Source: Candidatus Pacearchaeota archaeon (lineage in GTDB: Archaea > Nanobdellota > Nanobdellia > Pacearchaeales > GW2011-AR1). From it: a DNA stretch of 64,000 nucleotides. The notes beneath the pieces were generated by a model that saw only the letters and a list, made by a program, of their open reading frames with translations, was not told the DNA's origin and made no database searches. Where the stretch lies: positions 64,410 to 128,409 of the forward strand of contig JBBDJR010000006.1 of the NCBI GenBank assembly GCA_040879785.1. Direction: 5' to 3'. Below are positions 35,548 through 45,232 of this stretch, in pieces. The number at the start of each line of letters is the position of its first letter. The stretch's first letter is position 1. The translations under genes and the position numbers were made by a program.

Positions 35548-37587
35548 ATGGAAGGACAATCGGCCGAAAAAAAACAGGAAAAAGCAAAAAACGAGGAATT
35601 AATGACTGAAGCAAAGAATTTCTTTGAATCCTATAAAAAGGAGGTGGGAGACTCTATAAGGAAAGGTAAAAGTGTAATTTACCTTGATTTCATTCGACTT
35701 ACAGAATTCTCAAACAAACTCGCTGAAGAAATACTTACAAATCCTGAAGAAACACTAAGAATCGTTGAACTTGCAATTGAAGAAACCGGGCTGATAAATA
35801 ATGCAAGAGTGAGACTTTCCAATCTCCCAAAAAGTCAGGAGATTAAAGTAAGAAACATTCGTTCTAAAAATCTAAATGAGATGGTCGTCATTGAAGGAAT
35901 TGTAAAGCAGGCATCTGATGTAAGACCTCAAATCATAAATGCAAAATTTGAGTGCCCTTCTTGCGGAACAGTTACTCCTGTTATACAAACAGAAAAAAAG
36001 TTTAGAGAACCGGTAAGATGCTCTTGCGGAAGAAGAGGAGGATTCCGGCTTATAAGCAAAGACTTAGTAGACACTCAAAGACTTGTAATCGAAGAGGCTC
36101 CTGAATCCCTTTCCGGAGGAGAACAGCCAAAGAGAATAAACGTGTTCTTAAAAGAAGATTTAGTTGAACCAAGAATGGAGGAAAAAACAACACCCGGAAG
36201 CAGAGTCAATGTAATAGGAGTTCTTAAAGAAGTACCAGTACCGCTCCAGACAGGAGGGCTCTCAACAAGATTCGAACTTGCAATTGAATCAAATAATATT
36301 ATCCCTCTTGAAGAAACATTTGAAGAACTAAACATAGGAGAAGAAGACGAGAGACAAATACTTGAACTCTCACAAGACCCAAAGGTATTCGATAAACTTA
36401 CAAAGAGCATCATTCCAAGCGTTTGGGGATATAAAGAAATAAAACAATCTCTTGTTCTCCAGCTGTTCGGAGGAGTCGCAAAAACTCATGCAGACGGCCA
36501 GAGAAGCAGAGGAGATTTACATATACTTCTTATCGGAGACCCCGGAGTCGCTAAGTCCGCCACACTTACTTTCATGTCAAGAATTTCCCCTAAAGGAAGA
36601 TACGTCGTCGGTAAATCTGCATCAGGAGCAGGACTGACTGCAACAGTTGTAAGAGACGAATATTTAAGAGGATGGTCTATCGAGGCAGGAGCAATGGCAT
36701 TGGCAAATAAAGGACTTGTCTGTATAGACGAACTTGAAAAGATGGATCCCAACGACAGAAGCGCCATGCACGAGGCAATGGAGCAACAAACAATAACAAT
36801 TAGCAAAGCGAACGTCCAGGCAACACTAAGAGCAGAAACCTCCGTTCTGGCCGCAGCAAACCCCAAGTTTGGAAGATTCGACCCTTACCAATCTATATCC
36901 CAACAAATCGACCTTCCTCCCACTCTTATAAACCGATTTGATGTTATATTCCCTCTAAGAGACATTCCCAGTAAAAAGAAAGACGAGCGTATTGCAAGCC
37001 ACGTTCTTGAAGAACATCAGGAAGCAGGAAAAGATATGATTATTCCAAAAGACCTTCTTAGGAAATATGTAGCTTATACCAAACAAAAAATAAGTCCTAA
37101 ACTAAGCAGCGAGGCAGCCGAAAAAATAAAAAGATTTTACGTAGAATTGAGAAATCTCCCTGTTTCAACAGAAGGTACATTAAGACCAATCCCCATCTCT
37201 GCCAGACAGCTCCAGGCTCTAATAAGAATGTCCGAAGCATCTGCAAAAATGAGACTCAGTGAAACAGTGACTATAGAAGATTCAGACAGAGCAATAGAAA
37301 TTATAAAATACTACCTTACACAAGTTGGATACGACTACGAATCAAAAACTTTCGACATTGACAGAGGAACTGGAGGAATGCCTGCATCACAAAGAAACAA
37401 AGTCTTCACTGTAAGAGACACAATAACAAACCTTGAAAATAAAATAGGGAAGATGATTCCTCTTGAAGAACTAGAGAAAGAGCTTGAAGGAAAACTCACA
37501 AAAGACGAAATTGACGAGGCCTTAACGAAGCTTGACGTAAGCGGAGTAATCTTCAAACCTAAAAAAGGATATATCGCAAGGACTTAA
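35548..37587 (+). CDS. mcm: MCM replicative helicase
   Basis: Zinc motif CPSCG...CSCG, Walker A GDPGVAKS, Walker B CIDELEKM, Arg finger NRFD, and a C-terminal wH. Confidence 0.95.
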   Translation: MEGQSAEKKQEKAKNEELMTEAKNFFESYKKEVGDSIRKGKSVIYLDFIRLTEFSNKLAEEILTNPEETLRIVELAIEETGLINNARVRLSNLPKSQEIKVRNIRSKNLNEMVVIEGIVKQASDVRPQIINAKFECPSCGTVTPVIQTEKKFREPVRCSCGRRGGFRLISKDLVDTQRLVIEEAPESLSGGEQPKRINVFLKEDLVEPRMEEKTTPGSRVNVIGVLKEVPVPLQTGGLSTRFELAIESNNIIPLEETFEELNIGEEDERQILELSQDPKVFDKLTKSIIPSVWGYKEIKQSLVLQLFGGVAKTHADGQRSRGDLHILLIGDPGVAKSATLTFMSRISPKGRYVVGKSASGAGLTATVVRDEYLRGWSIEAGAMALANKGLVCIDELEKMDPNDRSAMHEAMEQQTITISKANVQATLRAETSVLAAANPKFGRFDPYQSISQQIDLPPTLINRFDVIFPLRDIPSKKKDERIASHVLEEHQEAGKDMIIPKDLLRKYVAYTKQKISPKLSSEAAEKIKRFYVELRNLPVSTEGTLRPIPISARQLQALIRMSEASAKMRLSETVTIEDSDRAIEIIKYYLTQVGYDYESKTFDIDRGTGGMPASQRNKVFTVRDTITNLENKIGKMIPLEELEKELEGKLTKDEIDEALTKLDVSGVIFKPKKGYIART

Positions 37588-37617
37588 ACTTAAAAACCAT
37601 ATTAATTAAGTAATAAA

Positions 37618-38253
37618 ATGCCAGAACAACAATTCAAAAGAAACACTGCATACAAACTTAGAATAGGAGATATCTTAATTGGAAAGCCCGTAAATAACGG
37701 AGAAAGGTTCGGATTCCTTGAGCTTGGAGAAAAACAAATTGTGAGAGTAAATATAGTAGGGAACATTGTAGACAAATATGAAAGTGAGGGCGACAAGAGA
37801 TATGTTTTCTTGACTCTTGATGATGGTTCGGGACAAATAAAATTAAAGGCCTTCGGAGACGAGGCGGAAAAATTCAAAGAGATTGTTCAGGGCCAGACCG
37901 TTGTTGTCATAGGAAATATTAGGCACTGGAATGATGAAATTTACGTTTCTCCGGAAATAATAAAAGAACACGACCCAAAGTATCTTCTCTTAAGAAAACT
38001 TGAAACAGAAAAAGAAAAATCTTCCAACCCTAAAACTCCTAAACCTGTAGAAAAAGAGCAGGTCACAGCAATTAAAGATAAAATTCTTGAACTAATAAAA
38101 TCTGCGGAGGAAAACGGAGGAATCGAAACTCAGGAGATACTTGATAAATTCCCGGACGTCTCTCCGGACATAATAAACCAGGAAATCAAAAGATTCTTAG
38201 AAGAAGGAATTGCCTTCGAGCCTCGCCCGGGCAAGGTTAGATATTTGGGTTAG
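37618..38253 (+). CDS. OB-fold + winged-helix ssDNA-binding protein (RPA2/RPA32-like)
   Basis: OB core VRVNIVGNIV...FLTLDDGSGQIKLKAFG...VVVIGNIR, then a linker and a C-terminal wH. Sits immediately downstream of mcm. Confidence 0.55.
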   Translation: MPEQQFKRNTAYKLRIGDILIGKPVNNGERFGFLELGEKQIVRVNIVGNIVDKYESEGDKRYVFLTLDDGSGQIKLKAFGDEAEKFKEIVQGQTVVVIGNIRHWNDEIYVSPEIIKEHDPKYLLLRKLETEKEKSSNPKTPKPVEKEQVTAIKDKILELIKSAEENGGIETQEILDKFPDVSPDIINQEIKRFLEEGIAFEPRPGKVRYLG

Positions 38254-38260
38254 GCGATGA

Positions 38261-38893
38261 TTACCTTTTCTTCCCTTTACTCTTCTTAACTTTTTTAGAA
38301 AAACTCTTATTAAAATAATAAGCAAGCCATATTAACACTACAAGTCCTACAAAAGATAGGATGAATTTAAGCCAGTCGTCCGCGAATCTCCAGAAGCCTC
38401 CAACACCCCAGAAAATAATTCCAACTCCCCCTGCCATCAGCCCCGCTCCGACTGCTTCCAACCCGAAGACAATCGCTCCTAAAGCAACAACTGCAATACC
38501 TATAGGAAGTGCAATTAAAAATAAATTCCTTGAATATTTCTCCCTCTCATCTTCATAAGCACCCCAACAATTCTCACCTGAAAGAGCGACCTCACAATGT
38601 TTCAAAGTTTCAAAACTCGTCTCACCATCAGGACCACAACCCGAGCCACATTCATTAAAAACGCACGTACGACTATCAGAATCTATTTCCCACATCTCAA
38701 CGCAAACCGCGGGACAAACCTCCGTCTCATTCTCAGAATCAAGAAGTGAAGGTCTCCTAACATCAGGGCAGAAATCCTCATAATCCGGGCTTGAATAAAA
38801 AGTATTAACTCCATAAACGACTACAGAGATTGTTAATATCATGATTGCTATCCCGATAACAAAATTCTTGAAATCCATAAAGAAATAAAACAC
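38261..38893 (-). CDS. Cys-rich membrane protein (hypothetical)
   Basis: N-terminal TM, a Cys-rich ectodomain, and 3 C-terminal Gly-rich TM helices. Confidence 0.45.
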   Translation of the reverse strand: MFYFFMDFKNFVIGIAIMILTISVVVYGVNTFYSSPDYEDFCPDVRRPSLLDSENETEVCPAVCVEMWEIDSDSRTCVFNECGSGCGPDGETSFETLKHCEVALSGENCWGAYEDEREKYSRNLFLIALPIGIAVVALGAIVFGLEAVGAGLMAGGVGIIFWGVGGFWRFADDWLKFILSFVGLVVLIWLAYYFNKSFSKKVKKSKGKKR

Positions 38894-38956
38894 TTAATGT
38901 TTTTAAATATTATTAAATCTAAAAAACCTTAAAAACCCGCTTACGCTCGTAAACTT

Positions 38957-39364
38957 ATGGAATACGAAAAACTCCTTGAAGAAGCGTATGAAAAAGTGAA
39001 AAAAACCGACTCGTCAGGAGACAGGTTTGAAGTTCCCGAGATAGAAGGACATTTTGAAGGAAAGAAAACCCTCCTCACAAACTTCTACCAAATAAGCTCT
39101 TACATAAGAAGAAGTCCCGAACACTTTCAAAAATTCATATTGAGAGAGCTCGCTGCATCAGGACAGAAAGAAGGAGATAGGCTCGTGCTAAATATGAAAG
39201 TCCTAAGACCTAAAATAAATGAGAAAATAAAAAAATATGTAGACGAGTTCGTTCTATGTAAAGAGTGCAAAAAGCCCGATACCGAACTAAAAAAAGAAAA
39301 CCGGATTACATTTATTCATTGCCTCGCCTGCGGAGCGAAACACTCTGTAAGAAGCAAAATCTAA
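38957..39364 (+). CDS. eif2b: Translation initiation factor aIF2 beta
   Basis: RFEVPEIEG..., LLTNFYQIS, and the zinc ribbon CKECKKPDT...CLACGA. Confidence 0.85.
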   Translation: MEYEKLLEEAYEKVKKTDSSGDRFEVPEIEGHFEGKKTLLTNFYQISSYIRRSPEHFQKFILRELAASGQKEGDRLVLNMKVLRPKINEKIKKYVDEFVLCKECKKPDTELKKENRITFIHCLACGAKHSVRSKI

Positions 39365-39438
39365 ATTATTTCTGAATCTTAACTGATATAAACCTTTAAA
39401 AATTACCATTTCTTAGAAATTTCAGGAGGTATAATAAT

Positions 39439-39633
39439 ATGGTTACAGGATATTGTGTTAAGTGTAAGCAAAAAGGCGTCGAACTGAAAGATGCTGAGAT
39501 TACCCAGACTGCAAGAGGCGGATACATGGCAAAAGGAAAATGCGGAAACGGATGTGGAACAACAGTGTGTGCTATGATGTCTAAAGATAATGCAGAAAAG
39601 GCTATCAGCGATGGTGCTAAAAAATCATTCTAA
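39439..39633 (+). CDS. Small zinc-ribbon protein (DUF5679-like)
   Basis: CVKCK...CGNGCG pattern, with GGAGG upstream. Confidence 0.4.
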   Translation: MVTGYCVKCKQKGVELKDAEITQTARGGYMAKGKCGNGCGTTVCAMMSKDNAEKAISDGAKKSF

Positions 39634-39715
39634 TTAAATCTGATTGATTAAATACTCATAGATTCGCCATGATGAAATGGCTGAAACAGATATTAGAAGA
39701 ATCTAAATTTGTAAA

Positions 39716-40012
39716 ATGATTGTGAACATAATAAAATCATACAGAGAAATAGTTGCTGTTTGTGATAATGAACTTCTGGGAAAGAAATTTGAAGAAGGTA
39801 AATTTCAACTTGATGTTAAAGAAAGTTTCTACAAAGGTAACGAAACAAGCAGGGAAGAAACCCTTAAGATAATGAAAACTATGGCAAAAGAGGACGCAAC
39901 GTTTAATATTGTTGGAGATGAATCTGTTAACACCGCCCTTGAAGCAGGAATAATTGACAAAGAAAGCATCGGGGAAATAAAAGGTGTTCAGTTTGCACTG
40001 GTCCTTATTTAA
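39716..40012 (+). CDS. DUF424-family archaeal protein
   Basis: IVAVCDNELLGKKFEEGKFQLDV...FYKG...NIVG pattern. Confidence 0.55.
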   Translation: MIVNIIKSYREIVAVCDNELLGKKFEEGKFQLDVKESFYKGNETSREETLKIMKTMAKEDATFNIVGDESVNTALEAGIIDKESIGEIKGVQFALVLI

Positions 40013-40078
40013 AAAATATCTGGGAGTTCTAATGTTAATATGCATTAAACTTATAAACAAATTCATTCTAAGATAAAT

Positions 40079-40399
40079 ATGAGAAGGGAACAACCAAATA
40101 ACGACGAGCCGAGAATTGCAAAAGCGAAGCTCCCAAGAGGTGAAGAAATGGTAGGAGTTGTCGAGCAAAGACTCGGGGGAAACAAGATGTTTGTGAACTG
40201 CTCAGATGGAAAGAGAAGAAACTGCCGCGTCCCCGGAAGATTAAAGAGAGCTCTCTGGCTCCGTCCTGGAGACACAGTAATAATAAAACCTTGGGAACTT
40301 GACAAAGAAAAAGGCGACGTCTTATTCAAATACAGAAAAAATCAGGTCGAATGGTTAAAACAGAATGGTCACCTAAAAATAGACTCTCTTGAATTCTAG
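40079..40399 (+). CDS. eif1a: Translation initiation factor aIF1A
   Basis: S1-like OB: EEMVGVVEQRLGGNKMFVNCSDGKRRNCRVPGRLK...PGDTVIIKPWE. Confidence 0.9.
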   Translation: MRREQPNNDEPRIAKAKLPRGEEMVGVVEQRLGGNKMFVNCSDGKRRNCRVPGRLKRALWLRPGDTVIIKPWELDKEKGDVLFKYRKNQVEWLKQNGHLKIDSLEF

Positions 40400-40400
40400 A

Positions 40401-40928
40401 ATGAAAAGGATAATTTATGAAAAATCTCAAAGAATAATAAAGAACAAAAAGAAAATTGAGAAAATTCTAAACATAAAAATTGAGAACAGAGGAAAAGAAA
40501 TTATTATAGAAAGCAAACCTGAAGATGAATACATTGCGGAGAAAGTATTGGAAGCTCTTGAATTTGGATTCCCGTTCTCTGTAGCGATGATGATAAAAGA
40601 GCACAGTTATTCTTTCGAAATTATAAATATAAAAGATCACACAAACAGAAAGGACTTAAAAAGAGTCAGGGCAAGAATCATCGGAAAAGACGGGGGAACA
40701 CTAAAAACTCTCAACGAACTCACAAAATGTTATTTCGAAATGAAAGACAACTTTGTTGCAATCATCGGAGACCCCGAACACACTAAAAACGCACACGAGG
40801 CAATAATCTTAATTATAAAAGGCTCGAAGCAAGCGAACGTTTACAATCACCTTGAAAGACACCAGCCAAAAGAGATTCATGACCTTGGTCTAAAAGAAGA
40901 CTTTAAAGAACGCGGAAAGTTTAAATAA
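40401..40928 (+). CDS. KH-domain RNA-binding protein (Dim2/Pno1-like)
   Basis: Two KH-like modules and RIIGKDGGTLKTLNELT (GXXG). Start set at the ATG at 40401. Confidence 0.7.
   Translation: MKRIIYEKSQRIIKNKKKIEKILNIKIENRGKEIIIESKPEDEYIAEKVLEALEFGFPFSVAMMIKEHSYSFEIINIKDHTNRKDLKRVRARIIGKDGGTLKTLNELTKCYFEMKDNFVAIIGDPEHTKNAHEAIILIIKGSKQANVYNHLERHQPKEIHDLGLKEDFKERGKFK
40920..40928 (+). promoter_or_regulatory. TATA-box-like element (TTTAAATAA) about 27 nt upstream of tRNA-Asn +1
   Basis: Spacing suggests transcription starts at or very near the mature 5' end. Confidence 0.4.
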
Positions 40929-40950
40929 CAAAATTTGCTACGAATTCTGA

Positions 40951-41023
40951 GTCCTGGTAGCTCAGTTGGTAGAGCGCACGGCTGTTAACCGTGAAGTCGT
41001 AGGTTCGAGTCCTACCCGGGACG
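40951..41023 (+). tRNA. tRNA-Asn (anticodon GUU), intronless
   Basis: Cloverleaf GUCCUGG-UA-GCUC-AGUUGGUA-GAGC-G-CACGG-CUGUUAA-CCGUG-AAGUC-GUAGG-UUCGAGU-CCUAC-CCGGGAC-G. Confidence 0.9.
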
Positions 41024-41147
41024 TTTGTGTGTAGGACGAAGAAAGGATGCAGGATCGAAAACCCGCAGGTGGTTTTCAGGTTCGACGAGCAAGTTCGCGA
41101 GAATAAATTCTTTAGCAAAAATTAAAATCCGAGAGGGCTTGCGAGCT

Positions 41148-41162
41148 GTCCTACCCAGGACG
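41148..41162 (+). repeat. Direct copy of the tRNA-Asn 3' end (GTCCTACCCAGGACG)
   Basis: 14 of 15 nt match 41009-41023. The single difference turns the acceptor G-U pair into A-U. Confidence 0.8.
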
Positions 41163-41248
41163 TTCTCATCCTGAGAACCAAATAAACCCATTATATCTTA
41201 GAAAGATATTTAAAAAAATAATAATTTAAAGAACAACTTAATTTAAAA

Positions 41249-41773
41249 ATGGGTGAAAAAAGAGAGCCAACAACATCAGAATATATTGAAGTAAGAAACT
41301 CTAGAATTCATAATAAAGGAGTTTTCGCCGCGAAAGAGATACCTAAAGGAACTGAGGTTATAGAATATGTGGGTGAAAAAATCGGTAAAAGAGAGGCAGA
41401 AGAGAGAGCGGATAAACAATTTAAGAGAGGAAAGGATAAAAAAAATGGCGAGGGCCACGTGTATATATTTGAATTAAATAAAAGGTACGACATTGATGGA
41501 AACTTCTCGTGGAACACTGCAAGACTAATTAATCATAGTTGCGACCCAAACTGCGAGGCAGAGATAGAAGACAACAAAAGAATCTGGATTACTTCGATAA
41601 AAGATATAAAAAAGGGTGAAGAAATAACATTCAACTACGGTTATAGCATAGATAACTTTGAAGACCATCTATGTAAGTGCGGATCCAAAAACTGCATCGG
41701 CTACATTGTGGACAAAAAGAAATGGCCAAAACTTAAAAGACTTCTAAAGAAAGACGATAAAACCAAATCATAA
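41249..41773 (+). CDS. SET-domain lysine methyltransferase with a post-SET Cys cluster
   Basis: NKGVFA, RLINHSCDPNC, ITFNYGY and CKCGSKNC. Confidence 0.85.
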   Translation: MGEKREPTTSEYIEVRNSRIHNKGVFAAKEIPKGTEVIEYVGEKIGKREAEERADKQFKRGKDKKNGEGHVYIFELNKRYDIDGNFSWNTARLINHSCDPNCEAEIEDNKRIWITSIKDIKKGEEITFNYGYSIDNFEDHLCKCGSKNCIGYIVDKKKWPKLKRLLKKDDKTKS

Positions 41774-41805
41774 ACTTTTTTAACAGTAATTAAACTACTT
41801 TTTCT

Positions 41806-42918
41806 ATGGAACCTAAAAACAAAAAACCAAAAGTTCTTGTAGCAATGTCCGGCGGCGTAGACTCAAGCATCGCCGCGCTAATGATGAAAGAAAAAGGTTA
41901 CGAAGTTATCGGAGCCTTCATGAAAAACTGGTCTGACACAAAAAATGATTTTGGTGAATGCACTTGGAAAGATGACAGGCGTATGGCTTCCAAAATCGCG
42001 GCAAAACTTAAAATTCCTTTAATAACACTCGACTTTGAAAAAGAATACAGAAAAGAAGTTATTGATGAAATGTTTAAACTATACAAAAAAGGTGTAACAC
42101 CAAACCCCGACGTAGACTGCAATCAAAAGATAAAATTTCCTCTCTTAAGAAAAGCCGCAAGAAAACTCGGCGCGGAATTCATTGTAACAGGACATTACGC
42201 GAGAATAAAAAAATCAAAAAAAGGATACAATCTCTTAAGAGCAAAAGACGAAACGAAAGACCAATCTTATTTCCTTTACAGACTAAATCAAAGGGACCTC
42301 GCGAAAAGCATCTTCCCAATAGAAAATCTCGCAAAAAAACAGGTCAGAGAAATTGCAAAGAAAAACAAATTCCCTAACTTCGACAGGAAAGGAACAGTAG
42401 GAATCTGTTTTGTAGGAAAAGTTAACCTTAAAGAATTTCTCAAAAAGAAGATAAAACCAAAAAAAGGAAGAATCCTTGACCCTGAAGGAAAACAAATTGG
42501 AACTCACGACGGAATTTATTATTACACGATTGGCCAAAAAATAGGCCCGAAATTTGGGATAGAGATAGAAAGAGGAAAAGGCAAAAAACTAAAGAGATGG
42601 TATGTAGCAAGAAAAAACCTAAGAAAAAACGAGATAACCGCCGCGCCGGAAGAACACCCTCTCCTTTACAGAAAAGAAATCATAATAAAGAAAACTCATT
42701 GGATTTTAGAAACTCCAAGAAAAGACAAATCTCAAAAAGTTCATGCAAGAATACGCCAGGTCGGAGAACTTCTCCCAAGCAACATCTCTTATAACAAAAA
42801 AAAGAAACAATTTAAAGTCACACTAAACAAACCTATAACAGGAGTCAGCGAAGGTCAGGCAATAGTCTTATACAAAGGAAAAACCTGTCTTGGCGGCGGA
42901 GTTATTGGGTTTGAATAA
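41806..42918 (+). CDS. mnmA: tRNA 2-thiouridine(34) synthase MnmA (bacterial-type)
   Basis: PP-loop VAMSGGVDSS, TPNPDVDCN and GHYAR motifs. Confidence 0.85.
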   Translation: MEPKNKKPKVLVAMSGGVDSSIAALMMKEKGYEVIGAFMKNWSDTKNDFGECTWKDDRRMASKIAAKLKIPLITLDFEKEYRKEVIDEMFKLYKKGVTPNPDVDCNQKIKFPLLRKAARKLGAEFIVTGHYARIKKSKKGYNLLRAKDETKDQSYFLYRLNQRDLAKSIFPIENLAKKQVREIAKKNKFPNFDRKGTVGICFVGKVNLKEFLKKKIKPKKGRILDPEGKQIGTHDGIYYYTIGQKIGPKFGIEIERGKGKKLKRWYVARKNLRKNEITAAPEEHPLLYRKEIIIKKTHWILETPRKDKSQKVHARIRQVGELLPSNISYNKKKKQFKVTLNKPITGVSEGQAIVLYKGKTCLGGGVIGFE

Positions 42919-42948
42919 TTTTATAAACAACATCTCCTTATAAAAATT

Positions 42949-43506
42949 ATGAACCTAGACAAAGCAATCCAAGGAAGACGCAGCGTCAGAAAATTCAAAG
43001 ACAAAAAACCTGACTGGCGTGAGATAATTGAATGCATAGACGCCGCAAGGTTCGCACCAATGGCCGGAGGCAATTATTCCCTAAAATTTATTCTTATTGA
43101 TGATTCTAAAAAAATCAATAAAATCGCCGAATCGTGTCAACAGGATTTTATCACGCAAGCACATTATATTGTTGTCGCCTGTTCAAATCCTTCCCGAACA
43201 AAAAACGCTTACGAAGAAAAAGGAGAAACATATGTCAGACAGCAAGCCGGAGCAGCAATTCAAAACTTCCTTCTAAAAATAACAGATTCCGGACTTTCTA
43301 CTTGCTGGGTCGGCCACTTTATCGAAGAGCAAATTAAGAAAGAGCTAAAAATTCCTGAAGGAATAAATATCGAAGCAATCCTCCCTATCGGATTTGAATA
43401 CGAAAAAAAGAAATCGCGAAAAGCTCCTATAGAATTAGATAATATTCTTTATTTCAACGAATACAAAAATACGAAGATGAATAGGCCTAAGAAGTTGAGT
43501 GTTTAA
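42949..43506 (+). CDS. Nitroreductase family protein
   Basis: AIQGRRSVRKF N-terminus and FAPMAGGN. Confidence 0.75.
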   Translation: MNLDKAIQGRRSVRKFKDKKPDWREIIECIDAARFAPMAGGNYSLKFILIDDSKKINKIAESCQQDFITQAHYIVVACSNPSRTKNAYEEKGETYVRQQAGAAIQNFLLKITDSGLSTCWVGHFIEEQIKKELKIPEGINIEAILPIGFEYEKKKSRKAPIELDNILYFNEYKNTKMNRPKKLSV

Positions 43507-43544
43507 ATTCTAATTTCATTAAGTTCTAAAAAAGAAAAAAAACA

Positions 43545-43562
43545 CCGGGAATTTCTTCCCGG
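43545..43562. terminator. Perfect 7-bp hairpin (CCGGGAA-TTTC-TTCCCGG) between convergent genes
   Basis: Seen directly. Preceded by an A-run, which is a T-run on the other strand. Confidence 0.4.
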
Positions 43563-43600
43563 CATAATAAGCTTTCTAAAAGACAACTCTTATAGTCGCC

Positions 43601-44677
43601 TTACTTCCAAACTTCTATGCCTAAGTCAGAGACTTCTTTAGACACACTTGTCTGTTCTTCTGCGGGTTTTCCAAGCAGATAAGGTGACTTAACTCCTGTC
43701 ATAATAGTAATAACTCGCACTTTTCCCTGGAACTCTTTGGAAATCCTCGCACCAATTATCACATTAGACTCGGAACTAAGATTCTCGGAAACAATCTTTC
43801 CAATGTTATCAAACTCTTCAAGCTTCAGGTCAGGACCGCAAGTCACGTGTATCAAAGCTCCATTAGCTCCCCTATAATCCACGTCAAGTAGAGGATGTGT
43901 AAGGGCTTGTTGGACTGCTTCTACTACACGGTTTTGAGTGTCTGCCTCCCCAATTCCTATGACTGCAACGCCTCCCTCTTTCATAATCGAAGACACGTCA
44001 GCATAGTCCAGGTTGATCAAACTTGGAAGGGTTATCGTTTCTACAAGTCCTTTAATCATCGAACTCACAAGCTCGTTCGCAACAGCAAAAGCCTGTTCAA
44101 TAGGCAACTGTCCAGCAATATCTACAAGCCTGTTGTTGTCAATGATAATTGTCGTATCTGTAACCTCTCTAAGCTCCTGAAGTCCAAAGTCTGCCTTATC
44201 AACTCTTGCTTTTTCAGAATCAAAAGGCATTGTAACAACTCCTATAACAACCGCTCCGGATTCCTTAGCAAGCTGGGCAACTATTGGAGCAGCACCTGTT
44301 CCGGTTCCACCACCCAATCCTGCAAGAACAAACACCATATCTGCACCTGAGGCAACCTTCTTCAAATCTGAAAGAGATTCTTTAGCAGCCTCTCTTCCTA
44401 CCTGATACTTTCCACCTGCACCAAGACCTCTTGTCAATTCCTTACCAATAAGGTTCTTCTCATCTGCCTTGGAAACGCTCAAGTGAAGTGCATCTGTGTT
44501 TACAGCATAGACAGTAGCTCCGTTAACTCCTTTGTTATAAAGCCATGTTACAGCATTACAACCCATTCCTCCGACTCCGAAAACCTTGATGTTCGCCTTT
44601 CCAGCCTTCAATTCATCAAAGTTAATACTATGAGTCTCTGCATTCTGCACCGCTTCTTTCGCAAAATCTAACGCCAT
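43601..44677 (-). CDS. ftsZ: Cell division protein FtsZ
   Basis: GVGGMGCNAV and the tubulin signature GGGTGTGAAP. Confidence 0.95.
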   Translation of the reverse strand: MALDFAKEAVQNAETHSINFDELKAGKANIKVFGVGGMGCNAVTWLYNKGVNGATVYAVNTDALHLSVSKADEKNLIGKELTRGLGAGGKYQVGREAAKESLSDLKKVASGADMVFVLAGLGGGTGTGAAPIVAQLAKESGAVVIGVVTMPFDSEKARVDKADFGLQELREVTDTTIIIDNNRLVDIAGQLPIEQAFAVANELVSSMIKGLVETITLPSLINLDYADVSSIMKEGGVAVIGIGEADTQNRVVEAVQQALTHPLLDVDYRGANGALIHVTCGPDLKLEEFDNIGKIVSENLSSESNVIIGARISKEFQGKVRVITIMTGVKSPYLLGKPAEEQTSVSKEVSDLGIEVWK

Positions 44678-44935
44678 TTTTTAACCTCCTTTCAACTCTC
44701 TCGTTTAGTTATGCTGGAAGGATTCAAGGAACTTCTCTTGCGAAAAGTTTATATACTTGTCACACTTCCAACTAATAACAAAGAATTCACCTCATTAATT
44801 TATTCAATCCCCCAACTGAATAAATTAATATAATAAAGAAGTAAGTATCTTGTTCTTTAAAAATATTTCTGTGTTTACAAGATAATAGTTTATTCAATTA
44901 ATAATGTTTAAAAGCAGTTCTGTCTTAATTTACAT

Positions 44936-45220
44936 ATGAGTTTTAAGAACGCTGCCGCAGACTTTACAACGATGAGTGTTCATATATCTAATGCAAGAAA
45001 TAAGGTAGGAAAGATCATTTCTCTTACACTCTCAATAATCTTTCTAATCATATCAATAATCTCTTTCCTTTTTAGTTGGGTTGCAGGATTAGTCTTTTTG
45101 GGACTATCAGCGCTCTTCTTTGGACTCTATAAATTAGCAAAATACGCGATAAAAACCAATAAGGAATCAATAGAAAAAATTCAGGAAATGAAAGAACCTC
45201 TTCCTCATGAAAAAATTTAA
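44936..45220 (+). CDS. Small membrane protein (hypothetical)
   Basis: Two TM helices. Confidence 0.4.
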   Translation: MSFKNAAADFTTMSVHISNARNKVGKIISLTLSIIFLIISIISFLFSWVAGLVFLGLSALFFGLYKLAKYAIKTNKESIEKIQEMKEPLPHEKI

Positions 45221-45232
45221 TCAATCCTAAAA

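Noticed and set aside
39669-39684. Candidate C/D-box sRNA (ATGATGA followed by CTGA)
   Set aside because: The boxes are only 5 nt apart, far too short for a guide region, and no C'/D' pair or terminal stem is present. The region is more simply a 16-codon uORF/leader of the DUF424 gene.
40951-43600. Integrated element using tRNA-Asn as attachment site with SET/MnmA/nitroreductase as cargo
   Set aside because: The only second copy of the tRNA 3' end is 125 nt downstream (41148-41162), before the cargo genes. No further copy was found after the nitroreductase gene, and no integrase is present.
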